A stretch of DNA of 20,000 nt from Spirogloea muscicola (lineage: Eukaryota), in the NCBI GenBank assembly GCA_009602725.1, contig WELB01000002.1, positions 1,377,899 to 1,397,898 of the forward strand, written 5' to 3'. The translations under genes were made by a program, and so were the position numbers. The notes below the pieces were generated by a model that ran no database searches, was not told where the DNA came from, and worked only from the letters and a program-made list of their open reading frames with translations. Below are positions 9,214 through 19,910 of the stretch, one piece after another. Positions within the stretch are counted from its first letter, which is position 1. Each line of letters starts with the position of its first letter.

Positions 9214-12200
9214 TTGGGGCGCCGCCGGGGCGAGGGGCGCAGGGGCGGCCGTGACCGGGGCGAGGGGAGGGGGGGAGGCGGCGGCGGCGGGGACAAGGGC
9301 GTGGCGCGCGGCGGGGGCCAGGAGAACGGCGACGAGCAGCCGCGGGAGGGCGGGCAGGAGAGCGTGGTGGTGGAGCGGCGCGCGGAGCACGCGGCGGTCT
9401 GCCGGTGGACCATCGCGCAGCTGGCCAAGGTGAAGGCGCGCGCGCTGTGGAGCAAGTACTTCGAGGTCGGGGGCTACGACTGCCGGCTGCTCGTGTACCC
9501 CAAGGGCGACTCGCAGGCGCTGCCAGGGTACATCTCCATCTACCTGCAGGTCACCGACCCCCGCGGCAGCTCCAGCTCCAAGTGGGACTGCTTCGCCAGC
9601 TACCGCCTCTGCGTCGTGAACCAGCGGGATGACGGGAAGACCATCCAGCGCGACTCGTGGCACCGGTTCTCCGGCAAGAAGAAGTCCCACGGCTGGTGCG
9701 ACTTCACGCCCTCCTCCGCCGTGCTCGACCCCAAGGCCGGCTTCCTGGTCGGCGACGCCGTGCTCATCACGGCCGAGATCATGGTCCTCCACGAGTCCGT
9801 CTCCTTCTCCCGGGAGAACGAGCTGCCGGTGTCGGTGGGGCCCTCAGGAGAGGCGCTCAGCGGCAAGTTCACGTGGAAGGTGCACAACCTGTCGCTCTTC
9901 AAGGAGATGATCAAGACGCAGAAGATCATGAGCCCGGTGTTCCCCGCCGGCGAGTGCAACCTTCGCCTCAGCGTCTACCAGTCCTGCGTCAACGGCGTGG
10001 ACTACCTCTCCATGTGCCTGGAGAGCAAGGACACCGAGAAGCCGGTGGCCACCGAGAGGAGCTGCTGGTGCCTCTTCCGCATGTCTGTGCTCAACCAGCG
10101 CGCTGGTGTCAACCACACCCACCGCGACTCGTACGGCCGCTTTGCGGCCGACAACAAGAGCGGAGACAACACCAGCCTCGGGTGGAATGACTACATGAAG
10201 ATGGCAGACTTTGTGGCTGCGGATGCAGGCTACGTCACGGACGACACCGCTGTGTTCAGTGCCTCGTTCCATGTCATCAAGGAGTCTAGCACGTTCTCAA
10301 AGAGCATTCTTCCAGTCAGCGGTCGCTCGGGTAGGTTATGCAAAGCCTTCTATGGTCGCTGGCCCCTTACTGTGCCCCAATGGTCAGAAACTTGACATGC
10401 GGCTACTTCACAGCTGCAGATATGAGCTTAAATGCAGGTTCAAGCTAGCCTCCTGATATCAACATCACCCACATGGAGCCTCAGTAGGTGCATGATACAA
10501 GGGAGTCTGACAGTGGTCTACCAACAGGTAGGTTGGAGACGCACACAAGGTGTACTGATAGACGCTTACATGCCTTTCTCTTTCTATGGGTGCAGCCAAC
10601 GCCAAGAAAGGAGATGGTTTTCAAGGCAAGTTCATCTGGCGGATTGAGAACTTCACGCGCTTGAAGGACCTTCTGAAGAAGCGAAAGATCACTGGACTTT
10701 GCATCAAGAGCCGGCGCTTCCAAGTTGGCGGCAGAGATTGCCGTCTCATTGTCTACCCTCGAGGTGAAGCTTACTGACGCGACACCCTAGCATTGATTGA
10801 CAGCGAGTGCAAATGTTGACACTGCTGATTTTGTGGCAGAGTAGGCGTGGCAATGCACAGTTAGTCTAGGATTGATACAGAGGGGAGTGCCATGATGCAG
10901 TATCTGGCCAGTACTAAGTAGCATATGCACGGGTTCTCAGCTCCAGACACTGCAAGCAAGGAACTGCACTGAGCACTTGCACTTTCTGAAAGCAGGTCAA
11001 TCGCAGCCTCCGTGCCACTTGTCCATGTTCTTGGAAGTGACCGATCCAAGAACCACTGGGGACTGGAGCTGCTTTGTGAGCCACAGATTGTCCGTGGTCA
11101 ACCAGCGCAGTGAGGAGCGATCTGTGACTAAAGAGTCACAGAATCGCTACTCCAAGGCTGCGAAGGACTGGGGTTGGCGAGAGTTTGTCACTCTCACCTC
11201 GCTCTTTGATCAGGACTCAGGATTTCTCGTGCTGGTAACAATCCATTGCTTCGACCACCTTTCTCCACCTGCATGATTGTGCTAGCACTGTAGTAAAGGT
11301 CATCTGTAGGTTGAAAGTCGTCACTTATGGCAGCATTGAGGCCAGAATCAAGGCATGCTAGGCTGACAAGACCATGCCTGCTGCTGCAGAATATTGTCTC
11401 TGCAATGTTAAGCCTTATCTGCAGGCTATCTCTCAGCTATTGCGATTCACTAATCCTTATCTATGACTTCCTCGGTCAGGACACGGTGGTCTTCTCTGCT
11501 GAGGTTCTCATCTTGAAGGAGACGTCAACGCTGCTGGACCTCCCAGAGAGGCCTGAAGGTGGGCCTGCCCCTGTTCCGGTGCCAGTGGCGGAAGATGCTC
11601 CACTGCGCATGGGCAAGCGAGGCACGTTCACTTGGCGGGTGGAGAACTTTGTGGCCTTCAAAGAGATCATGGAGACCCGGAAGATATTCAGCAAGTTCTT
11701 TTCTGCCGGTGGCTGCGAGCTAAGAATAGGTCTGTGAAACCAACTGCTCTCCAGGATATTGATTCTATTGAATAAGCAGTATAAAATTTGGTTGCCTAGT
11801 GAATCTGCAGTCATTCTGAGAGTTCAGTGCTTGCCTGTGTATAGGAGCTTCTGATTCTGACTAATACGTCCATGGCAGGCGTGTATGAGTCGTTCGACAC
11901 GCTATGCATCTACTTGGAGAGTGACCAGGCCCTCCAGGCCTCAGCTAGCTCCTCCACTTCAGCCACACCATCAGGCTGTGCTGAGTCAGAGAAGAACTTC
12001 TGGGTCCGATACTGCATCGCTGTGGTGAATCAGAAGCACGCAGAGCGCACTGTCTGGAAGGTCTCTCTCATTACCTCGATATCTTTATGTAGGCCTCTGC
12101 TAGTGCTAGTCCTAATAAGCAATTACTACACAGTGCACACGGTCAACAAAGACAGACTTTCATACAGAATTGATACAGGTTTGAAGATAAGCTTCGCCGA

Positions 12201-15200
12201 GCTTGCCTTGTGTTTTTCGGCCCCAATGCCTGCAACTTTCCCAAGTGATTACGTGGATGACTTGCAGCTTACGAAGTGTTTGAATCTGCAGGAGTCAAGC
12301 ATATGCACAAAGACCTGGAACAACAGCGTATTGCAATTTATGAAAGTTTCAGAGTTACTGGATCCTGAGGCTGGTTTCCTCGTGCGTGATACGCTTGTCT
12401 TTGTGTGTGAGATACTGGACTGCTGTCCCTGGTTTGAGTTCTCTGATCTGGTGAGTAGACGACCCCAACAGACTGGGAATGTTCATCTTCGTCTCATCTG
12501 ACAGAGTTGTTGAAGATCTGCACTACCCTTATGGAGCCTGGCTTGCAAGGGCGATCTGCTCGAGCAGGCTATGGAGTTCATCTCCCTTGGTAGAGTGCCC
12601 ACCTTCGAGAGGTCTAGAATGACAGGTCTAGGATCTGATGTCCTGCTTTGGGGAGTTTTGAACATCTTCAGCAGGTGCTCATGTCGGATGATGAGCAGGA
12701 TGCTTTGAGCACCGACCCAGATGAGCTGCTGGAGTCAGACGAAAGTGAAGCTGGCTGCAGTGTGGACGATGAAGACCTCTTCCAGTCACTGCTGGCAAGG
12801 GCCGGCTTTCAGTTGTCCTATGGCGATAACCCGCCACTCCTTCTAGATCCATCTCAACTCCAGGTCTGTGACCCTGAGTCTCGCAACTTCCTGATATTGT
12901 CAAAGCTTGCACAATTTCACTTTCACTTAGCAAGATGGCCTGGGTGAAAGCACAATCAAGAATTCATATGAGAAAAGCTGGATTCATGAGAAACTGAAGG
13001 CGAGTCTGATTATGGAGCATTAGTCTTCAAGTATGACATTGTGATGAAGGACTTCTCAGGGGTGCAGCCTCACTAACTGTTGCTGAGACCACGACCTTGA
13101 ATGCTTGTGCAACTCAGGTTACTCTTCGAGAGAAGCTGCTACTTGATGCAGGAGCTGTGGCAGCATTTCTTGCCGGCCTGAGGATGTACCTGGACGATCC
13201 AGCCAAGGTCAAGCGACTGCTGCTGCCCACAAAGGTTTCGCAACTGGGTGGATTGGGAGACCAATGCACAACATCCGGCGAGACTGCAAATGTATCGTCG
13301 CCAAGTTTGATGAACCTGCTCATGGGCGTGAAGGTCCTGCAACAAGCAATTATTGACCTTCTGCTGGACATTATGGTGGAGTGTTGCGTACCGTCAAATG
13401 GGCGTCACCTTGTGGCTGACCTCAATCTTCCAGGTACTTAATCGTTTTGGTTGTCACAGTGTTTCCAATGCTCGCCCTTTCTAGTTGCTCTATTTGTTGC
13501 CCTTTTGGCCATGAATTTCAATGAAACAGACAGATGTGGCGGCTAAAATACTGACAGAATGCAGTGGACGAAGCCATTAATTTGATCGTTGTTGCTGTTA
13601 GCTGGCCTTGCCTTGGGTGCTGCAAATATCCTTGACACATGCACTTCGTTTTTTCTGGAGGCAGTTGAAGCAAAGGCACATACTGCTGAAGCTTCTGGCA
13701 GCTTGGCTGCTGGGAAGTCAGCCCTGCCACTGGTCCTCCCTCACCATGCACGGAGGGGCGGTGAAGTCGCAGTCAGCTCCTCAAGCACAGTGACGCAGGG
13801 ACACATCGAGGACAGTGCTGTTGACCATCGATTCTTTGGTGAGGATGGAGGCCAGGCTGTGCAGAGCAGCGATTCTCATGCAGGGGACTTATCTCCTCCG
13901 TTGAGAAGCGAATATCTGCCAGCAACTTCGTCTTCGGACAGCCAGCTTCAGTCCACTCTCTCTAGCAATGCTGACACATTGAGTACGAAGGCCATTGTTG
14001 CTGCTGCTAATGGTCCAGCCATGCTAGCTTCCTGCTCAAATTCCCCGCCTACAGAAGGTGTATCTGCTCTGAGCAACCCAGGCTCTCAAAGCGCAAAGGT
14101 CTTGATGCCTATCCTTTACATTGCATTATCTGGAATACTTGAGTTCCTGCTGAGTTGTTAAGAGCAATTAGAGCTGATCGAAAGGCCTTGTGCCATACAG
14201 GTCGGTGGATTGAGATTGAATTGTTTCTTCGATGTATGCTCATGTTGGTGTCACAACCACAGCCCAATCCCTTGACCTACCTGCTGTAGGTGAATGCCTG
14301 ACTTTTCAGACAATAGCATCTGACGCTTGCCTTGGGCAATGTCTTTCCTGTGACAGATGAAGTGGCCAGAGCAAGCAGAGGAGCTGCTCATGCTTATTGT
14401 GGAGTCACTTCGAGCTTTGGAGAGTATGGTGCCAGCTGTACAGGCAGCCCAACCAGAACCACCAAGACGAAGACCTCATTCTGCCCAGAGGATGGCCATG
14501 GTATTTTACCACATGCTGCTGAAATCAGCAATTTGGTAGATTGATAATGGCTGCTACTCGCTTACCTATGCTAACTTCGTAATGAGGACCTTCTTTACTC
14601 ATGTCAACATCCAAGCTTCCTGACTGACGCTTGACTTTTCATCTTCATCCTGCTGTGTGCTTTCGGTGTTCAACAAGTCAGATTTTTTGTGGCTGATGCA
14701 TGCAAGCCATCTTGTCATGCTGATGCTATAATTTAACTCAAAGGGTGGATTCCTGTCAGGTTCTTGAACATGCCCCTTCACCTCTGCAACCCCAGCTACT
14801 TTCCTTGGTGCCTCGTCTGGTGGATGTCTCGGAGCACCCGCTTGCTGCCCAGGTCCTCCTGGAGAGGATGAATGCGCCTGAAGCAGAGCCATCTCTTCGA
14901 CTCCTGGTAACTTCAAGGGCTTGCCACGTTCCAAGGATTTCCCTTCACTTTCAGCTGCTTGTGATGAGTATATACCAGTATGACAATACTTTCACTAGCA
15001 ATGAGCATCAGATCATGATACCAGCACGTGGCATTTTGGGGGTCGTTATCCACTTCAAGTGCCATTGTACAATGTACATGGCTTTCATGTCCGTCCTGAG
15101 TCCTCAAGAAGGATGCATTTTGGTTCAGGTGTTGGGAGCTTTGGCTCAGATGGAGGCAGGCCCAGAAGTGGGTGATGCAGTTCTGGAGCAGGCTCTTCTT

Positions 15201-18200
15201 GCAATGCCCCATGTAGAGGATGACGCACTAGCTGCGGTCATGAGCTTTGCTCTTAAGGCAGCTGGAGATTGTGGAAGGCTTCCTTACGCGGTAATGTTTC
15301 TGGCAGCCTATTGGCTGTTATTCTGCAACTCCTGCTGTAATGCAGACTAGCATGCAGACAAGCCTAAAAGTCTCAGTATATTGGGTCTGCTACAACTTGG
15401 CCTCTAGATCGAGACCCATTGCAATTTGAACCATGTCTGCTCGACATTGTGGATTTTGCAGCAGCTGTTGTTGACAAGCATCTCCTGTTGACCTTTCACA
15501 GGTGGCTGCCATCCGGAGCCGCCTTAAGCGATTGGGGCCAGCAGTACCGCCACGAGTGCTTGACGTAGTCAGGGGCTCAGTCTCTTCTAGACCAGGGGTG
15601 GCAGAGGCGCTGTTGAGGGGGATTGAGGATGATTGTGATCCCTCTGAGGTCGACATTGCTAGTTCGGCTGCCACCCTCGTTTCAGCTGCTGACAGAGACA
15701 ACGGAGGTGCAGCTGAGCAACTGGACGCTGAAAGGCTGCAGGCAGCAGCGGAGCAGGCCGCAGCAGCCTGCTGGAGGGTGGCCGACGTAGACATCTTGGT
15801 GGAGATGCTGACGCTGCCCCAGTTCCGCTTTCAAGCCAGAGCAGTGTTTGAGGCGTGCGTCAATAGAGGGGCCTTTGGCGAGCAGAGCGTGGTCATGGTT
15901 CTCGAGCGTCGTCGAGCGCAGCGCCTCATCCTTCAGCGTGGGGTGGGTGCGGCAGGCTGGCAGGGTGAGGTCCCTAGCTGGCAGCAAGAGGTACCCTTAA
16001 ACTGGCAAGTGCTGAGTCCACTGCCTGGAGAGGAGGAGCAAGTCCACCTGGCCTCCACTGCACATGTGGAGGAGGACAGTGAGGAGGATGACTTTTTTGC
16101 CATGCTGGGGCTGGCTGAGGCCCTGAGCCCGTCCAAAGAGGCAAGGGTGCGGGACTTTGTGTCCACACTGTATGCGGTGATGTTCAAGGTGTATGCCGAC
16201 GAGGCGAGCCGCGAGCGGATGCTACGCGGCTTGGTGGAGCGCGCCACCAGCAGCACCACCGTCACGTCCGTCCGAGGGGCCAGCTCATTGGGTCCGCGGG
16301 AGAGCGGGCCTGGGGGACGGCCTGGAACAGCAGCTTCTAGATCAGGAGGCTTGATTGGGAGAGCCACGCTACCCCATGAAGCTGAGCTGGGGATGGACAT
16401 CCTGACTTTCCTGGTACTGCTCCCCCTTGAAGTACAATGCTAGTTAGTTGTTGCCATCAGCTTCGTCGAGCAATCTCTTATGCTTTGTAAAGCAGTGTGT
16501 CTTTGCAAGGCAAGGACTAACATAACATACAGTTCAGTGGGGGCATTTGGCTCATGTGTGGATGATGCCATATGAGCAGGTGCGGGAAGAGGAGGGCACT
16601 GCCAGGCCGGCCTTGGCACTGATGAGGGAGGCTGCTGAGACATCCGCCGCTGCCAGAGACGCAATGTGGCAGCAGCTGACTGCTGTCAGTGAGGAGTTGA
16701 AGGCAGCCACTGTGGAGCGCCAGCTGGAGGTTGCCCGCCTCACAAAGGAGAAAGCTGCGCTGCAACAGAAGCTGGCCGACACTGAGAACACTTTAGGAAG
16801 AATAAAGGTGCTGAAATAATCGCAAGCAGCTTGTGCATCAAGGCTAAGCACCACGTCATTCTCTTTACTTCCTGTCCAGGTTGTGATGTACTGTGTGCGA
16901 TGGTATGCATATGTTGACTCTGCAAGTGGCTTGAGAGAATCTGGCAATGCTTGCAGGACAAGGGTAACTACATAAGCAGTGCAGATGCATCAAGAAAGAA
17001 AATTTGTGGCACTTGCAGGACAGATCATACTGATGCCTGCGACTGCCGCTTGACAGGGAGAGCTGAGGCTGGAGACAGAGAAGGGCGTGAGAGAGAGGAA
17101 GGACGCAGCCGAGAAGCTGAGGGAGATGGAGAGTCAGCTGGAGTGGGCTAGGAGTGAGAAGGACGATGAGATTGCTCGGCTGGCCATGGAGAAGAAGGGC
17201 ATTGCCGAGCGCTTGAAGGAGGCTGAAGCGCAGCTTGCTCAGCTCAAGTTCCGGAAGCGCGACGAGCTGAAGGTACAGCAGGGCGCAGAGTCCACATTGA
17301 TGCCTATTCACGCTTCCTACGCATTACTTCGCCTCCATAATTGACGGGATCTCGATTGATTCAAATTGTGGATGTATGATTGGCAGCCTCCTTGTGCAAG
17401 TTGTAGCTGAACATGCGACATGGTCATTAATTGCTGGTTTGCAGAAGGTGATGAAGGAGAAGAATGTCCTTGCGGAGCGGCTGAAGGGTGCCGAGGGCAC
17501 AAGGAAGCGGTTCGATGAGGAGCTGAAGAGATCCTCCGCAGAGAATGTGACCAGGGAGGAGGTGAGGCAGTCCTTGGAGGCCGAAGTACAGCGCCTGACT
17601 CAGACGGTGGGCCGAACTGAGGGTGGCCTACGCGAGAAGGAAGAACAAGTTGGCCTCCACCTCATGCTGGACACTACAATTTACATCTCGACTTGTTGAA
17701 TGATGATTGCAATCCTCTTCTTTGTACGATTCTAGTATTCCTTGACAGGAGCGCAACAGCTCGCAGTGGCTCTATGGTTGCCATTGGACCACTCCCATTG
17801 GAATGCAGGTTGCTGTCCGCTACGTGGCAGTGCTCTTGGCGGCACTGCCTATGTATGTCTATCTTTTGTTGCCTCTTTGCTTGAGCATCTAGATCTACTG
17901 CTTGCTGATGCAAGTGCCCACAATACTCTCAGGTCATGAGGTGTGAAGCCTACATTGACGGAATGGAAGCAAAGCTGCATGCTCATCAGGACTACATCCA
18001 GACGCTGGAGGCGAGCTTGCAGGAAGAGATGTCTCGGCATGCCCCGCTGTACGGGGCAGGCTTGGAGGCGCTCAGCCTTGCGGAGCTGGACACGCTTGCT
18101 CGTATTCACGACGAGGGTCTCCGACAGGTCAAACATCTCCGCATGATTTGTCACAAGCTGCTGCTTGAGAGTTGTCTGTTGGAATGTGAAACCACGCGTG

Positions 18201-18305
18201 CTAGAAAGTGCAGTAGTCGGCCCTTCATGCTGTAAATGGGGGGCCTTATGGTTGCCCTAGGCATTATCCTTCCTTGTAGGTGAGAGTGTTGCAGCACCAG
18301 CAACA

Positions 18306-18342
<37 letters not shown>

Positions 18343-18687
18343 CAACAGCAGCAGCAGCAGCAGCACCAGCAGCACCAGCACCAGCACCAGCAGCAGCAGC
18401 AGCACCAACAGCACCCGCCACCACCATTGCAGCAGCAGCAGCAGCAGCAGAAGTCCTCGCAGCAGCAGCGACAGCAGCAGCAGCACCCACCTCCATCGCT
18501 GCTGCAGCAGCAGCAGCAAGGAGGGGCCAACCAGGCGGAGCAGTTGGCGCCCACCTCGGAGGCCATGTTCAGTGCCACAATGCCCCTGGGAGTTGGGTTG
18601 CCGCCAGTGCTACCCAACGGCGTCGTGCCTCATAGCAATGGCCACTCAGACCCATCACCGCAGCGACAGTGGTACCCGTCAAGCTGA
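9214..18687 (+). CDS. Large MATH/TRAF-domain protein (four MATH domains, C-terminal coiled coil, polyQ tail), At2g25320-like, about 1,880 aa; start codon unresolved
   Basis: Exons (~9214/9243)-10330, 10596-10763, 10996-11234, 11480-11729, 11879-12060, 12292-12450, 12672-12863, 13118-13433, 13665-14098, 14357-14500, 14760-14906, 15129-15290, 15502-16413, 16580-16807, 17057-17272, 17445-17648, 17933-18127, 18280-18687 join in frame. MATH domains begin AVCRWTI, GKFTWKVHN, GKFIWRIEN and GTFTWRVEN. Family motifs recalled from the angiosperm protein: WSKYFEVGGYDCRLLVYPKGDSQALPGY, VTLREKLL, KWPEQ, RCEAYIDGME, EEMSRHAPLYGAGLEAL. Confidence 0.92.
18292..18519 (+). repeat. CAG/CAA/CAC trinucleotide repeat region encoding polyQ/QH tracts in the last exon of the MATH gene
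   Basis: 22 consecutive Gln codons at 18298-18363, followed by shorter Q runs broken by His and Pro. Confidence 0.97.
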
Positions 18688-19375
18688 CGAGGCAATGTCG
18701 CCCATTTTCCGAGCAGTTTGTGGGTGCAGGACTCGCCAGTCAAGTCAATCTTGCTGCAAGTCCTTAGCTTGACCACTGTCTGTTCAGAGTTCAGACGCCA
18801 GCTTGTCTGTTGGCTTCTTCTTATCCTCTTTGACTATCCATCTGCGCTCGTTCAGAAGCAGGGAGGCCCAGCCTCTAGCCTCTGAAAGATCCGCCTTGTC
18901 TCCTCTGACAAGAGTTACATGTCGTCTAATGACTTGGGCATGCCTGGTGAGGCAGCTGCATGCAAAGGTGCAGTAGCTGAGTGGAGCTGTGGCTCATTTG
19001 TGGTCTCTGCAAGCGCAAGGCTAGTGGGCCATATTATGATCACATTCCCCACACTCAAATTGCTCTCTCCCACACAAACACAAGGATGATGCTGGCAGCT
19101 GACAGCTCGGCATATTAGTTCCTCGGAAGCATGATCTGCCTGATCTAGGAGACAGGCATTGTTTGCAAATCTGGATCATCAAACACATAAGGGCGAGCTG
19201 AGAGTTGGGTTACACAAATGATAGTCTGATACTGCTGGCAGCAGAGCCAGCTTCGCCAGCGGGCTGGCGAATTGAACAAGCGTCTCAGCAACTCCCACGG
19301 CAAGGTAACCGAGAAGCCTGCGACGGCATATGACTTCTAGCGAGGCTTTGGTTGAGGAGGAGAGTGGGAGGCCGC

Positions 19376-19910
19376 TTATCGGGGCGCCTTCTTCTTGCCA
19401 GCAATAGTGACCTTCTTGCCACGGCGGGTGCGCGCGTTGCACTTGGTGTGCTGGCCGCGGCAGGGAAGGCCGGCGATGTGGCGGCGCCCGCGGTAGCACA
19501 TGATGTCCTTGAGGCGCTTGATGGCCAGGTTGTTGAAGCGCCGCTGCCGCCCACAAGGTGCCCGCGCCAGGGGCCGGCAGCGTGAGAGGCGGCGGCCACG
19601 GAGGCAACGGCACAAGGGGAAGGAGGGTTTAGGGGGGGTTTAGGGGGGCCGCGGCTCTCACCAGGTCGCCCTCGGTCATGTACTTGGCGACCTCCTCGCG
19701 GAGGCGCGTGAGCTCCTCCTCAGACAGCTCGCGCGTGGACTTGTTGTCCATGGCGAGGTCCAGCAGGATCTGGCGCGCCGCCGTCTGCCCGATGCCGTGG
19801 ATGTACTGCAGCGACGTCTCGATGCGTTTGGCGTTGGGGATCTCCACGCCCGCCACGCGCGCGCACCGCACGCCCAGCCCCCGCCCGCCCGGCGCTGCCA
19901 CCGCCGGCCG
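19376..19910 (-). CDS. rps13: Plastid 30S ribosomal protein S13 (uS13c), nucleus-encoded; last two exons, 5' exon(s) beyond or at the right edge
   Basis: Exons 19910-19662 and 19543-19376 (intron GTGAGA...GGCAG) give [43 protein letters not shown]...[62 protein letters not shown]. An in-frame TGA at 19943-19941 plus the TTGCAG acceptor ending at 19911 imply an upstream intron. VRC/A resembles a transit-peptide cleavage site. Confidence 0.93.
19625..19648. repeat. Two plant telomere-type TTTAGGG units inside the rps13 intron
   Basis: GGGTTTAGGGGGGGTTTAGGGGGG on +; CCCTAAACCC twice on the transcribed (-) strand. Confidence 0.75.

Noticed and set aside
9196..10272. Several long antisense and alternative-frame ORFs over the first MATH exon
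   Set aside because: Shadow ORFs produced by very high GC3 codon usage.
13041..13086. Possible intronic box C/D snoRNA (GTGATGA...CTGA)
   Set aside because: Only about 46 nt, no terminal stem, and no recognisable rRNA-complementary guide.
18151..18617. Poly-Leu, poly-Ala and poly-Cys ORFs on the minus strand
   Set aside because: Antisense readings of the CAG repeat in the MATH gene's last exon.
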